This document shows positions 37,756 to 47,616 of a DNA stretch of 53,615 nt, piece by piece. The position numbers and the translations under genes are program-made. A model generated the notes under the pieces. It worked only from the letters and a program-made list of their open reading frames with translations, was not told where the DNA came from and did no database searches. How positions within the stretch are numbered: the stretch's first letter is position 1; each line of letters begins with the position of its first letter. Source of the DNA: Bdellovibrionales bacterium RIFOXYD12_FULL_39_22 (GTDB taxonomy: Bacteria > Bdellovibrionota > Bacteriovoracia > Bacteriovoracales > Bacteriovoracaceae); assembly GCA_001770205.1 (NCBI GenBank), contig MEQL01000027.1, positions 62,001 to 115,615 of the forward strand, written 5' to 3'.

Positions 37756-39837
37756 ATGAAAAAGTTGCACGTTTTTTTTGTACTTTTGCTCACTATTTCT
37801 TTATCGCCACCACCAGACGTTGTCGTTAGTCGTATTCCCGCTAGCTTTGAGCTCAACGATATCCGGGAATTTGCAGCGCAACAACTGACGCCTGCGCAAA
37901 ACATTGAACTACATATTTTGGGTGAAAATATTTTAAGATTCATTATAGATGCCGCGTATAGAAACGATGACGAGAAAATTGCAGTTATGAAACAGGCCAG
38001 AGAGTATATATTAAAAGTCGGGCCACAAGTGGCCTCAAATATTTTAAACAATACTCAAGAGGGTGATCCTAATTACTATAAAGTTATCCGGCCACCGGCC
38101 TGGACACTAAAAAGCGAAATAGAATTTTTACATGAAAGTGTGTCTGGATTGTCAATTTCATTATCAGATGAGGCACTAGAGGCTATTACGCCGCTACTTG
38201 GCTTGATAAATTTTAAGCAGACCTTGCCAGAAATCGCGAGGGAATTTGCTATTGGGGATAAGGATCTGCGTACTTTGGTTAGAAGTATAGTTGACACACA
38301 AATTGATGACGAACAGATATTAAACTTAATGCAGATTTTTGAAAAACGTCTGATGCCATATTTTGATCGGATAAAGGCCGCCGGAGATCAACTTGGCAAG
38401 AGTGACAAAATTACTTTCTATGACCAAGGGGTGGCGGAATTTGTGAAGAAATTTATTAACTTCTACTATTCCAACATAAACATTGATGTTCAAAAGGATA
38501 TCATCTCCGATCTGCTTAGATTAGGAAAGGATCCAGCGGATGAAGAATTAATTAGAGTCATGTTTAACAATGCTGGGCCCGGACTGGGTAAAAGTTTGCA
38601 GCAGTTTGCTAAAGAGCCGAGCATGGATAAATCAATGCGTGAGCTGATTGGTTTTCTAGAATCAGAGGGCAAGGCCGTTCCCTATCATTTAGTCAAGCGG
38701 GTGATTGAAAATGATCCAGGCGGATTAAAATTTACTTCAATAGAAGAAAAACCACTAGGCACAGGAACTGTGGCACAAGTACATCGTGCAAAATTACAAT
38801 TATCTTCTGATAAAGAACAAGAAGTTGCCATTCGTTTTTTAAAGCCGAATGTTGAAAGAAGAGCACAAGACGACATTGCACTTCTTAAAAAGTTCATTGA
38901 AATAGCAAGAAACAGTAAACTTGGAGCAAAAATTCCAGATATTAGTGAACTTCTCTCTGGCGCAGAAAAGTTTTTATCTGATGATTTAGATATTCCAGGA
39001 ACGATTGATAAACAGTTGTATGCTAAAAATGTATACGAAAATAGTATGAAAGTTGTTTTAACTTCGGGTGAGGAGAGTCTTATCCATTTCAAAGTTCCTA
39101 ATATTTATTTGCCGGCCGAAAATAGAGATAAAACGCGCTTAATGGCCTTAGAGTTAATAAGTGGCGGAACAAAATTTGAAAAACTTAGTGATCCCGGAGT
39201 TCAGGAATCAGTTAGTCGTGGCCTGGTTAGATTGTGGTTTACGGAAGCAATTTTTAAAAGTGGGTTTATCCATGCGGATCTTCATCAGGGAAATTTTGTC
39301 GTGTTTATTAATCAGAGCACTAAGGATATAGATATTGTTATTTTTGATTATGGAATGAGCGAGAAGCTGGATAATACGATTCGTCGCTCCTTTATTTTAA
39401 TTGGTGCCGGTGCTGAGCTAGAAGAAATTCGCTTGATTGCTAAAGGGGCCGCACTACTTTCTCAAAAAAGTGAAGAAGATATTTTTGAGTTCATTAGTAG
39501 TAACAGCGACATGATGGGCAAAAAATTTCCGGCAGAGAAATGGATTACATGGTTGACCAAAAAAGGAATTTTAACCTCCGACAAATTGGCCATTTTGGCC
39601 AGAGGAGGGCAACTGGTAAGTCAACTTCCGGCCAAGCTTGGGCGAACAGATATTGCCAAAGAAGAGATTAAGCGACTGGCCATTACGAATATTAAGCGAA
39701 GTATTTATGATCGTGCGGTACAACTTCCAATTAATTTGAAAGATTTTTACTATATCGGAAAAACCCATCTTCGCAGCAAATGCGCTACAATTTTTTCTAG
39801 TTTGATGGGAAGAAAAAGTGCAGTTTTGGCCAAATAG
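37756..39837 (+). CDS. ABC1/UbiB/AarF family kinase-like protein with signal peptide
   Basis: GP..GKSLQ, PLGTGTVAQVHRA, HADLHQGN, FDYG; N-terminus MKKLHVFFVLLLTISL..RIPAS. Confidence 0.85.
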   Translation: MKKLHVFFVLLLTISLSPPPDVVVSRIPASFELNDIREFAAQQLTPAQNIELHILGENILRFIIDAAYRNDDEKIAVMKQAREYILKVGPQVASNILNNTQEGDPNYYKVIRPPAWTLKSEIEFLHESVSGLSISLSDEALEAITPLLGLINFKQTLPEIAREFAIGDKDLRTLVRSIVDTQIDDEQILNLMQIFEKRLMPYFDRIKAAGDQLGKSDKITFYDQGVAEFVKKFINFYYSNINIDVQKDIISDLLRLGKDPADEELIRVMFNNAGPGLGKSLQQFAKEPSMDKSMRELIGFLESEGKAVPYHLVKRVIENDPGGLKFTSIEEKPLGTGTVAQVHRAKLQLSSDKEQEVAIRFLKPNVERRAQDDIALLKKFIEIARNSKLGAKIPDISELLSGAEKFLSDDLDIPGTIDKQLYAKNVYENSMKVVLTSGEESLIHFKVPNIYLPAENRDKTRLMALELISGGTKFEKLSDPGVQESVSRGLVRLWFTEAIFKSGFIHADLHQGNFVVFINQSTKDIDIVIFDYGMSEKLDNTIRRSFILIGAGAELEEIRLIAKGAALLSQKSEEDIFEFISSNSDMMGKKFPAEKWITWLTKKGILTSDKLAILARGGQLVSQLPAKLGRTDIAKEEIKRLAITNIKRSIYDRAVQLPINLKDFYYIGKTHLRSKCATIFSSLMGRKSAVLAK

Positions 39838-39853
39838 TTTGAAAATTTTTCCT

Positions 39854-41260
39854 TCATTGCAAAGCGAATGCAAGGAGAAATGCAAAACTTACTCCATACA
39901 TAAGTGGATGAATCTCGGATTTTTTTCCATGAAATAATTTTATAATTGTATAACTAATAAACCCCATGCCGATTCCATGACTGATATTATAGGTGAGGGG
40001 AATTCCAACAATTGTGAGAAATGCTGGAAAGGCCTCATCAAACTTATTCCACTCAATATCGCGGACAACCTGCATCATAAAAAAACCAACCACAATCAGG
40101 GCCGCAGCAGTAATGGGATATAGATAGTAACTACCTGTCGGCGCGATAAAACCACTCTGTACGAGTAGTGTGTATTGTTGGCCATTATCAATAACGTATC
40201 CACCCCCAATCATTGCAATGATTGGAGAAAAAAAAGCGGCCATAAAAAACAAAACTCCGCAGACCACAGACATAAGGCCACTGCGTCCACCCTCAGCAAC
40301 ACCAGAAGCTGACTCGATATAAGTAGTAATGGAACTAGCACCGAAGAGTCCTCCCAAAACAGCGGCCAAAGAGTCAATCATTAATATGCGTTTAATTCCT
40401 GGAACTTTGCCATTTTTATCCACAAATCCTGCCTGTTCTCCCACTGCTACGACAGTTCCCATAGTATCAAAAAAATCGGTGAGCATGATAGAAAAGATGG
40501 CCACCAGCAAAACGGGAGTGAAGATTTGGGTAAGTGCAATTGAACCATTTACTTTCTGAAAGGGGGCAAAAAAGGCAGAAAAGTCAGGGGCGCCAATTAT
40601 CGAGGATGGCAGTTGTACCACTTGTAAAACAATTGCCGCCAAAGTGGCAACAATAATTCCCCACAGGATACTTCCTTTAATTCGCAAGGCCATAAATGCA
40701 AAAATTGCCATAAGTCCAATGAGAGTTACCCAAGTATGCTTACTACTTAAATCGCCCAATGAAACCAATGTAATTGGTGCCGGGCGAATGATTCCCCCCT
40801 CATTGAGTCCAATGACGGTTATAAAAAGGCCAATTCCAACTCCGATGGCCCGTTTGAGAGTTAGCGGAATGGCATTCATTACTGCTTCTCGCAGGCCAGT
40901 CATTACTAAAATAAAAATTAAAAAGCCTTCTGCAAAGATAACACTCATTCCAACTTGCCAAGGGATTTTTGATTGAGCAACTCCAATAACGGAGAAGGCC
41001 AATACTGCATTTAATCCCATTCCAGATGCCAGTGCCAACGGACGATTGGTAATCGTTCCCATAAGAATAGACATAATGGCCGCCCCCACGGCAGTAGCAG
41101 TTGCGGCCGCAGGAAAAGGTACGCCGGCAGCGGACAAGATTCCTGGGTTTACAAAGATTATATACGCCATGGTCAAAAAAGTGGTGGCACCAGCAATGAT
41201 CTCAGTTTTGAAATTTGTAGAAAGCTCATCCAATTTGAAAAAAGTAGCAAGACTCTTCAT
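39854..41260 (-). CDS. NCS2 family purine permease (AzgA/PbuG-like)
   Basis: AGATTFLTMAYIIFVNP, GMGLNA, DFFDTMGT, YIESASGV..GGR. Confidence 0.93.
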   Translation of the reverse strand: MKSLATFFKLDELSTNFKTEIIAGATTFLTMAYIIFVNPGILSAAGVPFPAAATATAVGAAIMSILMGTITNRPLALASGMGLNAVLAFSVIGVAQSKIPWQVGMSVIFAEGFLIFILVMTGLREAVMNAIPLTLKRAIGVGIGLFITVIGLNEGGIIRPAPITLVSLGDLSSKHTWVTLIGLMAIFAFMALRIKGSILWGIIVATLAAIVLQVVQLPSSIIGAPDFSAFFAPFQKVNGSIALTQIFTPVLLVAIFSIMLTDFFDTMGTVVAVGEQAGFVDKNGKVPGIKRILMIDSLAAVLGGLFGASSITTYIESASGVAEGGRSGLMSVVCGVLFFMAAFFSPIIAMIGGGYVIDNGQQYTLLVQSGFIAPTGSYYLYPITAAALIVVGFFMMQVVRDIEWNKFDEAFPAFLTIVGIPLTYNISHGIGMGFISYTIIKLFHGKKSEIHPLMYGVSFAFLLAFALQ

Positions 41261-41309
41261 GAGATGCTCCTAAAAAAGATTAATATTTATATCCTTCTAT
41301 TTTTCTCTT

Positions 41310-42257
41310 TTACTCTTTAGTGTCAACTGGTTTTATGCGCTGTAGCGCGGACTGCCGCTCGGACTCTTTCTTTTCATTTAAAACCTTGTATGAATTCATG
41401 GTTTGATAGTAGTTTTCTTTCCTATAGCGAACAAATTTTCGATCATCCGCCTTCGGAGAGTTTTTAGGAACGCTGCCGGGGACGGATATTGATTTTTTTG
41501 AGGAAACATAAGTAGGAGTGGTAGGACGTTTGCCAACTCCAATTAGGTCAGAAATCTGTTTTTTTGAGTAGTACATAAAGCGTCCAGGAGCAAGATTATT
41601 GATCGTTAAACCGCCAATAGCAACGCGGCGTAATTTCTCCACAGTAATTCCGCAGGCCTCACAGAGGCGGCGAATTTCTCGATTTCGCCCTTCTCCTAAG
41701 CGAAATTCTAACCAGGTTTTATTCGGTAATTGTTCGACCACACGAACTGAGTGAGGCCGTAAAAAACCTTCATCTGTTTGCACACCGTTTTTTAATTTGT
41801 TTAAAAGCTGCATTCCGACGATACCAAATACCTTCACTTCGTAAACCTTGATAATGTTATTGGATGGATGCATAATTTTATTGGCCAGCTCTCCATCGTT
41901 GGTTAAAACCAATAATCCTTCAGAGAGATAATCCAAACGGCCAACAGGATAAACGCGTTCAGGAACTTCTTTGCATAGGTCCATGACAGTGGGGCGGCCT
42001 TCGGGATCGTTTAGTGTTGTGACGTAGGCCCGAGGCTTATTTAATACTATGTATACTTTCTCAACGGCCCCTAAGTCGATTAGTTTTCCATCAACGTGGA
42101 CGACATCTTCTTGAGGATTAACTTTTGTTCCTAGTTCTGTTACGACTTGATTATTGATTGTGACTTGGCCGCATACAATCATTTCTTCGGCCTTTCTTCT
42201 TGATGTTACTCCGCAATCGGCAATATACTTTTGCAATCTGACTAATGTCTCTGACAT
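41310..42257 (-). CDS. rluB: 23S rRNA pseudouridine synthase, RluB/RsuA family
   Basis: S4 domain RLQKYIA..G..SRR.AE, GRLD, EGRNREIRR; RBS GGAGG before MSETL. Confidence 0.9.
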   Translation of the reverse strand: MSETLVRLQKYIADCGVTSRRKAEEMIVCGQVTINNQVVTELGTKVNPQEDVVHVDGKLIDLGAVEKVYIVLNKPRAYVTTLNDPEGRPTVMDLCKEVPERVYPVGRLDYLSEGLLVLTNDGELANKIMHPSNNIIKVYEVKVFGIVGMQLLNKLKNGVQTDEGFLRPHSVRVVEQLPNKTWLEFRLGEGRNREIRRLCEACGITVEKLRRVAIGGLTINNLAPGRFMYYSKKQISDLIGVGKRPTTPTYVSSKKSISVPGSVPKNSPKADDRKFVRYRKENYYQTMNSYKVLNEKKESERQSALQRIKPVDTKE

Positions 42258-42357
42258 ATTTCCTCCAATCTGGCCTCCCGGCAGTTTATAAAAGCAAAAA
42301 ATGCTGTGAGGTGAGTTATTTAACAAAAAAACTTAAATGTCAACACGGCCTTTGGGC

Positions 42358-42864
42358 CTATTCTGCACTTATGGACTGAACAGTAAGTTCTACGCTAGAC
42401 ATCTCATCCTCGCTACAGGCCAGACGAGTATGGCCAAAATTGGCGGCGTAATATCCATTTGAGCTGTAACTTCCACGATCATACACAACGCGCCCATCCG
42501 GTAACGTTATTACGATAATAAAGCGTAATTGATTTGATGAAAAAGAGCCTCTACTTCCGGTTGTTATCCTTTTAAGTGAAGATTGCCAAACATAAGGGGC
42601 AACGGCAAATGCCTCTACTGTCTGCGGATTGATCCAGTGATGTCCACCCATAGAAGACTCAAATGAGCTACCTAATCCATAGTGGATTTCTATTTTTGTC
42701 CCCCACGGAAGATCCTTATTTTCGTAGCTTATGGTAAAACTTCCGTTAACTGTTGAAAAATAGTTGCAAGAACCAAAAAGGCCACCCTCTACGTAAGGAG
42801 TTCCTGCAAAAACATTCATGGAAAGCAAAGTAAAAAGAAGAAGCGAAAAAATTGGTTTAAACAT
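42358..42864 (-). CDS. Secreted beta-rich hypothetical protein
   Basis: Signal peptide ending NVFA; RBS GAGG before MFKPIF. Confidence 0.7.
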   Translation of the reverse strand: MFKPIFSLLLFTLLSMNVFAGTPYVEGGLFGSCNYFSTVNGSFTISYENKDLPWGTKIEIHYGLGSSFESSMGGHHWINPQTVEAFAVAPYVWQSSLKRITTGSRGSFSSNQLRFIIVITLPDGRVVYDRGSYSSNGYYAANFGHTRLACSEDEMSSVELTVQSISAE

Positions 42865-42942
42865 TGGATACCTCTCAATTAAATCTTTAAGGACGTTGGC
42901 CAACGGAAATAGCACAAATTGGAAATGTTTTGAATTGAAATT

Positions 42943-43521
42943 TTATAACCGTGTAAAAAAGAGAGTATCAATAGATTCACTTATCTCTTGTCTAATTTGC
43001 ATTAATTGTTTGCCCAATATATTTTTCCCTGAACGGTCACCGCAATCTGCCCAATAGCAATCATTTTTAGTGTGTTCGTAGATTGTGCATTTTTTGGTTG
43101 AGAGGAGAAGAGCACGCAAAACTTCATATTGGCCAAATTTGGCATGAAGTGCCACCAACATAACTTCGTTTTTAACCCCATTCCAGTCTTCGCGAATTGG
43201 CAGATTTGGATCTCTCCCGATTTGTGCTGCCAGATAAGGACTACCGGCGGCCCTAACTTTTTCTTGTAGATCTGGATCAAGAAATTTCTGTGCTTGATAA
43301 TAGTGTTCGCTGCTTGGCCAACTTATCCCATTTACCGTAATGGGAAATAAAGCAAAATTTGAAAACTCACCATAGAGATCTTTTACTGAATAAAAATTTA
43401 GTTCAGCGCTGGAGTAGTCGGTAATAGGGGTGCGTGGATAAAATCTATAATGGGGGACATCTTCATCAGCATAAAGACAGGCAAAGGAAAAAAATAGTAA
43501 AATATTAAACAACATTTTCAT
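42943..43521 (-). CDS. NADAR (YbiA-like) N-glycosidase with N-terminal signal peptide
   Basis: FSNF, WPSSEHYYQAQKF, DW..VK..VM, AKFGQ, EHT.ND.YW, GKN.LG..LM; leader MKMLFNILLFFSFACLYA. Confidence 0.9.
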   Translation of the reverse strand: MKMLFNILLFFSFACLYADEDVPHYRFYPRTPITDYSSAELNFYSVKDLYGEFSNFALFPITVNGISWPSSEHYYQAQKFLDPDLQEKVRAAGSPYLAAQIGRDPNLPIREDWNGVKNEVMLVALHAKFGQYEVLRALLLSTKKCTIYEHTKNDCYWADCGDRSGKNILGKQLMQIRQEISESIDTLFFTRL

Positions 43522-43745
43522 CGAAAAATTATGAATCAAATTTTTTCAGATGACAACATACAGGCCTTTCGAAAGACTTGTGCCAGGTGATGGTTCAGTT
43601 CCTTGAACCGGATACGTTAGAATCGTCTAACTTCTATACAGAGGTATGTAATTGTGGGTAATTGTCAAAAAAATATTTTATTTATTTACCAATGGCCGTA
43701 AAGTAGTGATGAGTCACTATTTATCTTTTATATCGGGAGGTAAAC

Positions 43746-44228
43746 ATGAATTTCAGATTAATTATTAGTGCCATATGTTTGATATTGGGAATGCAAGTAG
43801 TTCTTGCTGACATTCCCACGGATCGAGTTTTTAAAGGCAGTCAGGGAGTAATCATTAATGGAACGAATACAGGTGATAGCAGCAGTGTTTTTGGCCCTAA
43901 AAACAATCCCTGTTTTTTTATGATTGAGGGATCGCGCCTATATTATTCCTTTGAAAATAGTTTCGATGAGAGCGATATGGACACGGCACGATATATAGAA
44001 AAAGATGATTTAAAGCAAACAAGTGCAGGACGAGGTGCCGCGATTCTTGAAAACAAAACAAAAAAGTGCACGGGAATTTTGTTCAATAGACGCTGTGAAG
44101 AAGTAGAGATTGATCTCGGATATAGTCGACCAACAGAAGAAGGAAGTGATGAATATCTTATTTTCTCACTTATAAAATATGTTAATGGAAAAGTCGTTGA
44201 CTCCTGTTGGCAGCATAGCAATTATTAA
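43746..44228 (+). CDS. Secreted hypothetical protein
   Basis: RBS GGAGG, signal peptide ending VVLA, paired Cys. Confidence 0.75.
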   Translation: MNFRLIISAICLILGMQVVLADIPTDRVFKGSQGVIINGTNTGDSSSVFGPKNNPCFFMIEGSRLYYSFENSFDESDMDTARYIEKDDLKQTSAGRGAAILENKTKKCTGILFNRRCEEVEIDLGYSRPTEEGSDEYLIFSLIKYVNGKVVDSCWQHSNY

Positions 44229-44428
44229 AAAAAAGATGTGCATTTATTAGAAACGTACCACAGTCTTCTTTTAACAAGTAACAACGTTAGTGACGGTGAC
44301 AAACAAATAAAGGTCATGGCCACCACAGACAAAGGCTTGAATTTACTTTTGGACTTTTATAATCCCGACTGTTTTACTTCATCAATATGTTTTTTTCAAA
44401 AAATCTTAAAAAAATTTTAAAAATTGTC

Positions 44429-44455
44429 TAAAGTTTTTACACTTGTTGGCGATAG
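44429..44455 (+). promoter_or_regulatory. Sigma28 (FliA)-like promoter
   Basis: TAAAGTTT-N11-GGCGATAG; a second GCCGATAA at 44474-44481. Confidence 0.65.
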
Positions 44456-44510
44456 GTTAAACAGTGGCAGGAAGCCGATAACCGTTTTGACTAGATGCCA
44501 GGAGGGCAAA

Positions 44511-44723
44511 ATGAAAAAACAAGAATCAACACAAGAAGTACTTTTCCAAAAATTAGGAAACACATGGTATGTTTTTAGTGAAATAGAAAGTGATATAATA
44601 TACACTGCATTACCACATGGTGTTGATCCTCGTAGTACCAAGTTTGAATTATTAGAGGTAATTGAAGATCATATGAGAAAAGTTACTAGTAAGCGCGGCC
44701 ACCTCCCCCAAGCTGCTGTTTAG
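44511..44723 (+). CDS. Small hypothetical protein (70 aa)
   Basis: RBS AGGAGG before ATG 44511; globular-looking sequence. Confidence 0.75.
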   Translation: MKKQESTQEVLFQKLGNTWYVFSEIESDIIYTALPHGVDPRSTKFELLEVIEDHMRKVTSKRGHLPQAAV

Positions 44724-44741
44724 TTTGTGGAGATGTAAATT

Positions 44742-44930
44742 ATGGCCAAGAAAAAGGAGATAAAAACTTCAACTGAGGTGTTGCTTGGTAATCAAGAAAA
44801 CAAGGCCATGATTGATAACATAAAAAAGAAAATCGAAGAGATGTTACGGAAAAAAACGGAGAATTCTAAAAAGGCCGCTCAAATAATTGCTGAGATGTTA
44901 GAAAAAGCCGCCCCTAAAGGTCCTAAATAG
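44742..44930 (+). CDS. Small basic helical protein (62 aa)
   Basis: RBS GGAG; co-oriented, 18 nt after the previous gene. Confidence 0.7.
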   Translation: MAKKKEIKTSTEVLLGNQENKAMIDNIKKKIEEMLRKKTENSKKAAQIIAEMLEKAAPKGPK

Positions 44931-44982
44931 TCGTATCACACTTGTAGTTTGCAGATATTTTTGATACCAACTTACCCTTCAT

Positions 44983-45675
44983 ATGGTTGACTTCACATTT
45001 AACGACGATTTTGTCTACACTCACGACAACCCCTACCATGAAAAATTGGCGGAGTTTTCCCATTTCGTTTTACGCGACAAGGAAGCAGAAAAATTTAAAG
45101 GCCGTTGGCGCCAAGAGGTTTTTGCTAATGGTCGGCCAATTGTCGCCGAGATTGGCAGTGGCCATGGCGACTTTATGGCCGCCTATTGTTCCGACCATAA
45201 GGAAATTAATTTTTTAGGAATGGATTTTCGTTTTAAACGTAGTTTCCAGATAGCAAAAAAATTAGCACAACTATCACTTTCAAACTTTCGATATTTGCGT
45301 GCTCGCGGTGAGCGATTAAATTATATGTTTGCAGAAAGTGAGATTGATTCATTGTTTTATTTTTTTCCAGACCCTTGGCCCAAACGGAAACAACAAAAAC
45401 GTCGACTTTTTCAAGAGCATTTTTTAGAGACTGCATATAAAGTTTTAAGGCCTGGTGGAGAAATTTTTATTAAAACAGACCATGATGGTTATGCCGAATG
45501 GATGATGGAAATAATTGCTAAACAGCAGTTGTTCGAGTTGACCTTCTTTTCCAATGATTTACGAGGAGAATTTCCAGAACATTTTCTATCACAGTACATA
45601 ACCAAATTTGAAAAAATATTCATTGGACAAAATATGAAAATCAAGGCCTTTGTCCTTAAATCCAAAAAGGGTTAA
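44983..45675 (+). CDS. trmB: tRNA (guanine-N7)-methyltransferase
   Basis: EIGSGHG, FPDPWPK, KTDH, TKFE. Confidence 0.95.
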   Translation: MVDFTFNDDFVYTHDNPYHEKLAEFSHFVLRDKEAEKFKGRWRQEVFANGRPIVAEIGSGHGDFMAAYCSDHKEINFLGMDFRFKRSFQIAKKLAQLSLSNFRYLRARGERLNYMFAESEIDSLFYFFPDPWPKRKQQKRRLFQEHFLETAYKVLRPGGEIFIKTDHDGYAEWMMEIIAKQQLFELTFFSNDLRGEFPEHFLSQYITKFEKIFIGQNMKIKAFVLKSKKG

Positions 45676-45683
45676 TTTAAAAT

Positions 45684-47591
45684 ATGTCATTGGTTGAACT
45701 GCGGGATAGAATTAAAGAAGTCCCTATATCCTCTATTATTTCGCAATATATCAGCTTAACGAAGAAGGGGGGGGGCAATAGTTTAGGACTTTGTCCTTTT
45801 CATAAAGACAGCCATCCCTCACTTCACGTCAATGATCAAAAAAATATGTTCATGTGTTTTGCCTGTCAGACGGGTGGAGACGCCATAACTTTTGTAGAAA
45901 AATTTCGACAAGTTGATTTTAAAGAAGCAATCATTGAAATTGCTAAAAGCGTCGGTATTTCCTACGAAAACTATCTCGCCAATAACAAGCGATCTCCGCG
46001 ACTGGCCATGGCCCATAAGGTGTTAAACAAGGCAATGATTCTTTATCAAAAGGTGGCCGAAAAGAATCCACAATACCTAGATTTTTTGGCAAAACGCGGA
46101 TTGGATGAAAACATTGCCAAAAACTTCTCTCTGGGATTGGCCACTCAAAATAATTTAATCTCGGAATACTTAGTGTCAATTAAAGATAGCAAAGAGCGAG
46201 AGTTGGCCATTGCCACAGCATTAGAGATTCATCTAATTCGTAGAGACAGCAATGAAGCCAACAGTTACTATGATACCTTTCGCAGTAGGATTATGTTCCC
46301 TATTTGGGATGGAAGTGGACATGTTGTTGGATTTGGCGGAAGAACCTTTATTGGCCATAAGGCAAAATATCTAAACTCGCAAGAATCCTTTTGCTTTAAC
46401 AAGCAAAATATTTTGTATGGCCTGCACTTGGCCCGTCCACACATTCGCGAGAAGAATTATGTTATTTTGGTTGAAGGCTATATGGATTTAGTGGCCCTAC
46501 ATCAACATGGTTTTAAAAATAGCATTGCAGTAATGGGAGTGGCCATTTCCGATCAGATGATTGCAACTTTAAAAAACTTAACTAGTAATTTCTATTTGGC
46601 ACTAGACTCTGATGATGCAGGATATGCGGCGATGGAGCGAATTAATAATAAATGTCTCGAACATGAAATTGTCCCTAAATATATCAGTTTTTCTCCCCAC
46701 AAAGATCCGGATGAATTTTTAAATCATGAGGGGGCGATTGCTCTCAATGAAAAAATCAGTAATGCGATCGCCTTTGTTGATATGGCAATTGAAAAACTTT
46801 TGCCGACGACTATACCCGAGTTTGCCGATAGAAAGTTGGAACTTCTACAAAAAGTATTCATGGCGGTGGCCCCGCTGGGAGATAAACTTTTGGCCAATGA
46901 GCGAATAACTCTGATGGCCAAGCGAATTGGAGTTCGCTCAGAAGATACTCAAATCATTGAGGCTTATCGAGAATTTTTAAAAAAAGGAAAAAAAGTTGAT
47001 TTTCCGCGAACTTCAATTCGATCAAAGATTGAAGTTATTGATCGGCCTGATAATGAGAACGAGCAAGAGGCCGAAGTTTTCGAAGAAGTGCTAACTTTAG
47101 AGGAAAAAACAGTGGAGTTTTTGCCTCTTGGGAAAATTGAAAAAAAGCTTTTGCAAGAAATAGTCCAACACCCCGAATGTCTTCTTTTGCCTAAAATATT
47201 AGAACTGATTGATTTTCTTGATAATTCGCATGTTAAAAGGTATGTTAGTGGATTGCGAAATCTGGTGTATGAAATTGATGATAGCGAGTTTTTTGCATTT
47301 GCAATGGATCTGGCCGATAAAGAAGATTTTCCGCTGCAGATAAAAGAGAATATTGGTTATGGACTTGCATCACAATCAGTGCGCAATAAGCTAGGCATTG
47401 CGGTGGCCGAAAAAGTGGTTCTTGATTTTATTCAGGAAATAAAAATGGAAAAACTAAATCGAGAATATAACGTACAAAAAACTTTGCTTAAGGATGTTAT
47501 TTTAGAAAAAGATGCCGCCCCCATTCAGGAACGAATTAAAGAAATTTTAAAACAAATTAATCAAATAAAAAAATCTCAACGCTCGAAATGA
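45684..47591 (+). CDS. dnaG: DNA primase
   Basis: CPFH..CFAC zinc finger, [31 protein letters not shown]. Confidence 0.98.
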   Translation: MSLVELRDRIKEVPISSIISQYISLTKKGGGNSLGLCPFHKDSHPSLHVNDQKNMFMCFACQTGGDAITFVEKFRQVDFKEAIIEIAKSVGISYENYLANNKRSPRLAMAHKVLNKAMILYQKVAEKNPQYLDFLAKRGLDENIAKNFSLGLATQNNLISEYLVSIKDSKERELAIATALEIHLIRRDSNEANSYYDTFRSRIMFPIWDGSGHVVGFGGRTFIGHKAKYLNSQESFCFNKQNILYGLHLARPHIREKNYVILVEGYMDLVALHQHGFKNSIAVMGVAISDQMIATLKNLTSNFYLALDSDDAGYAAMERINNKCLEHEIVPKYISFSPHKDPDEFLNHEGAIALNEKISNAIAFVDMAIEKLLPTTIPEFADRKLELLQKVFMAVAPLGDKLLANERITLMAKRIGVRSEDTQIIEAYREFLKKGKKVDFPRTSIRSKIEVIDRPDNENEQEAEVFEEVLTLEEKTVEFLPLGKIEKKLLQEIVQHPECLLLPKILELIDFLDNSHVKRYVSGLRNLVYEIDDSEFFAFAMDLADKEDFPLQIKENIGYGLASQSVRNKLGIAVAEKVVLDFIQEIKMEKLNREYNVQKTLLKDVILEKDAAPIQERIKEILKQINQIKKSQRSK

Positions 47592-47616
47592 GCAAGAGTT
47601 AAAAGTAGGAGTCATA

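Noticed and set aside
41261..41309. Purine riboswitch ahead of the NCS2 permease
   Set aside because: Only 49 AT-rich nt separate it from rluB; no aptamer motifs.
45767..45775. G9 tract in dnaG as a phase-variation switch
   Set aside because: In frame (KKGGGN) in an essential gene; at most a one-codon expansion.
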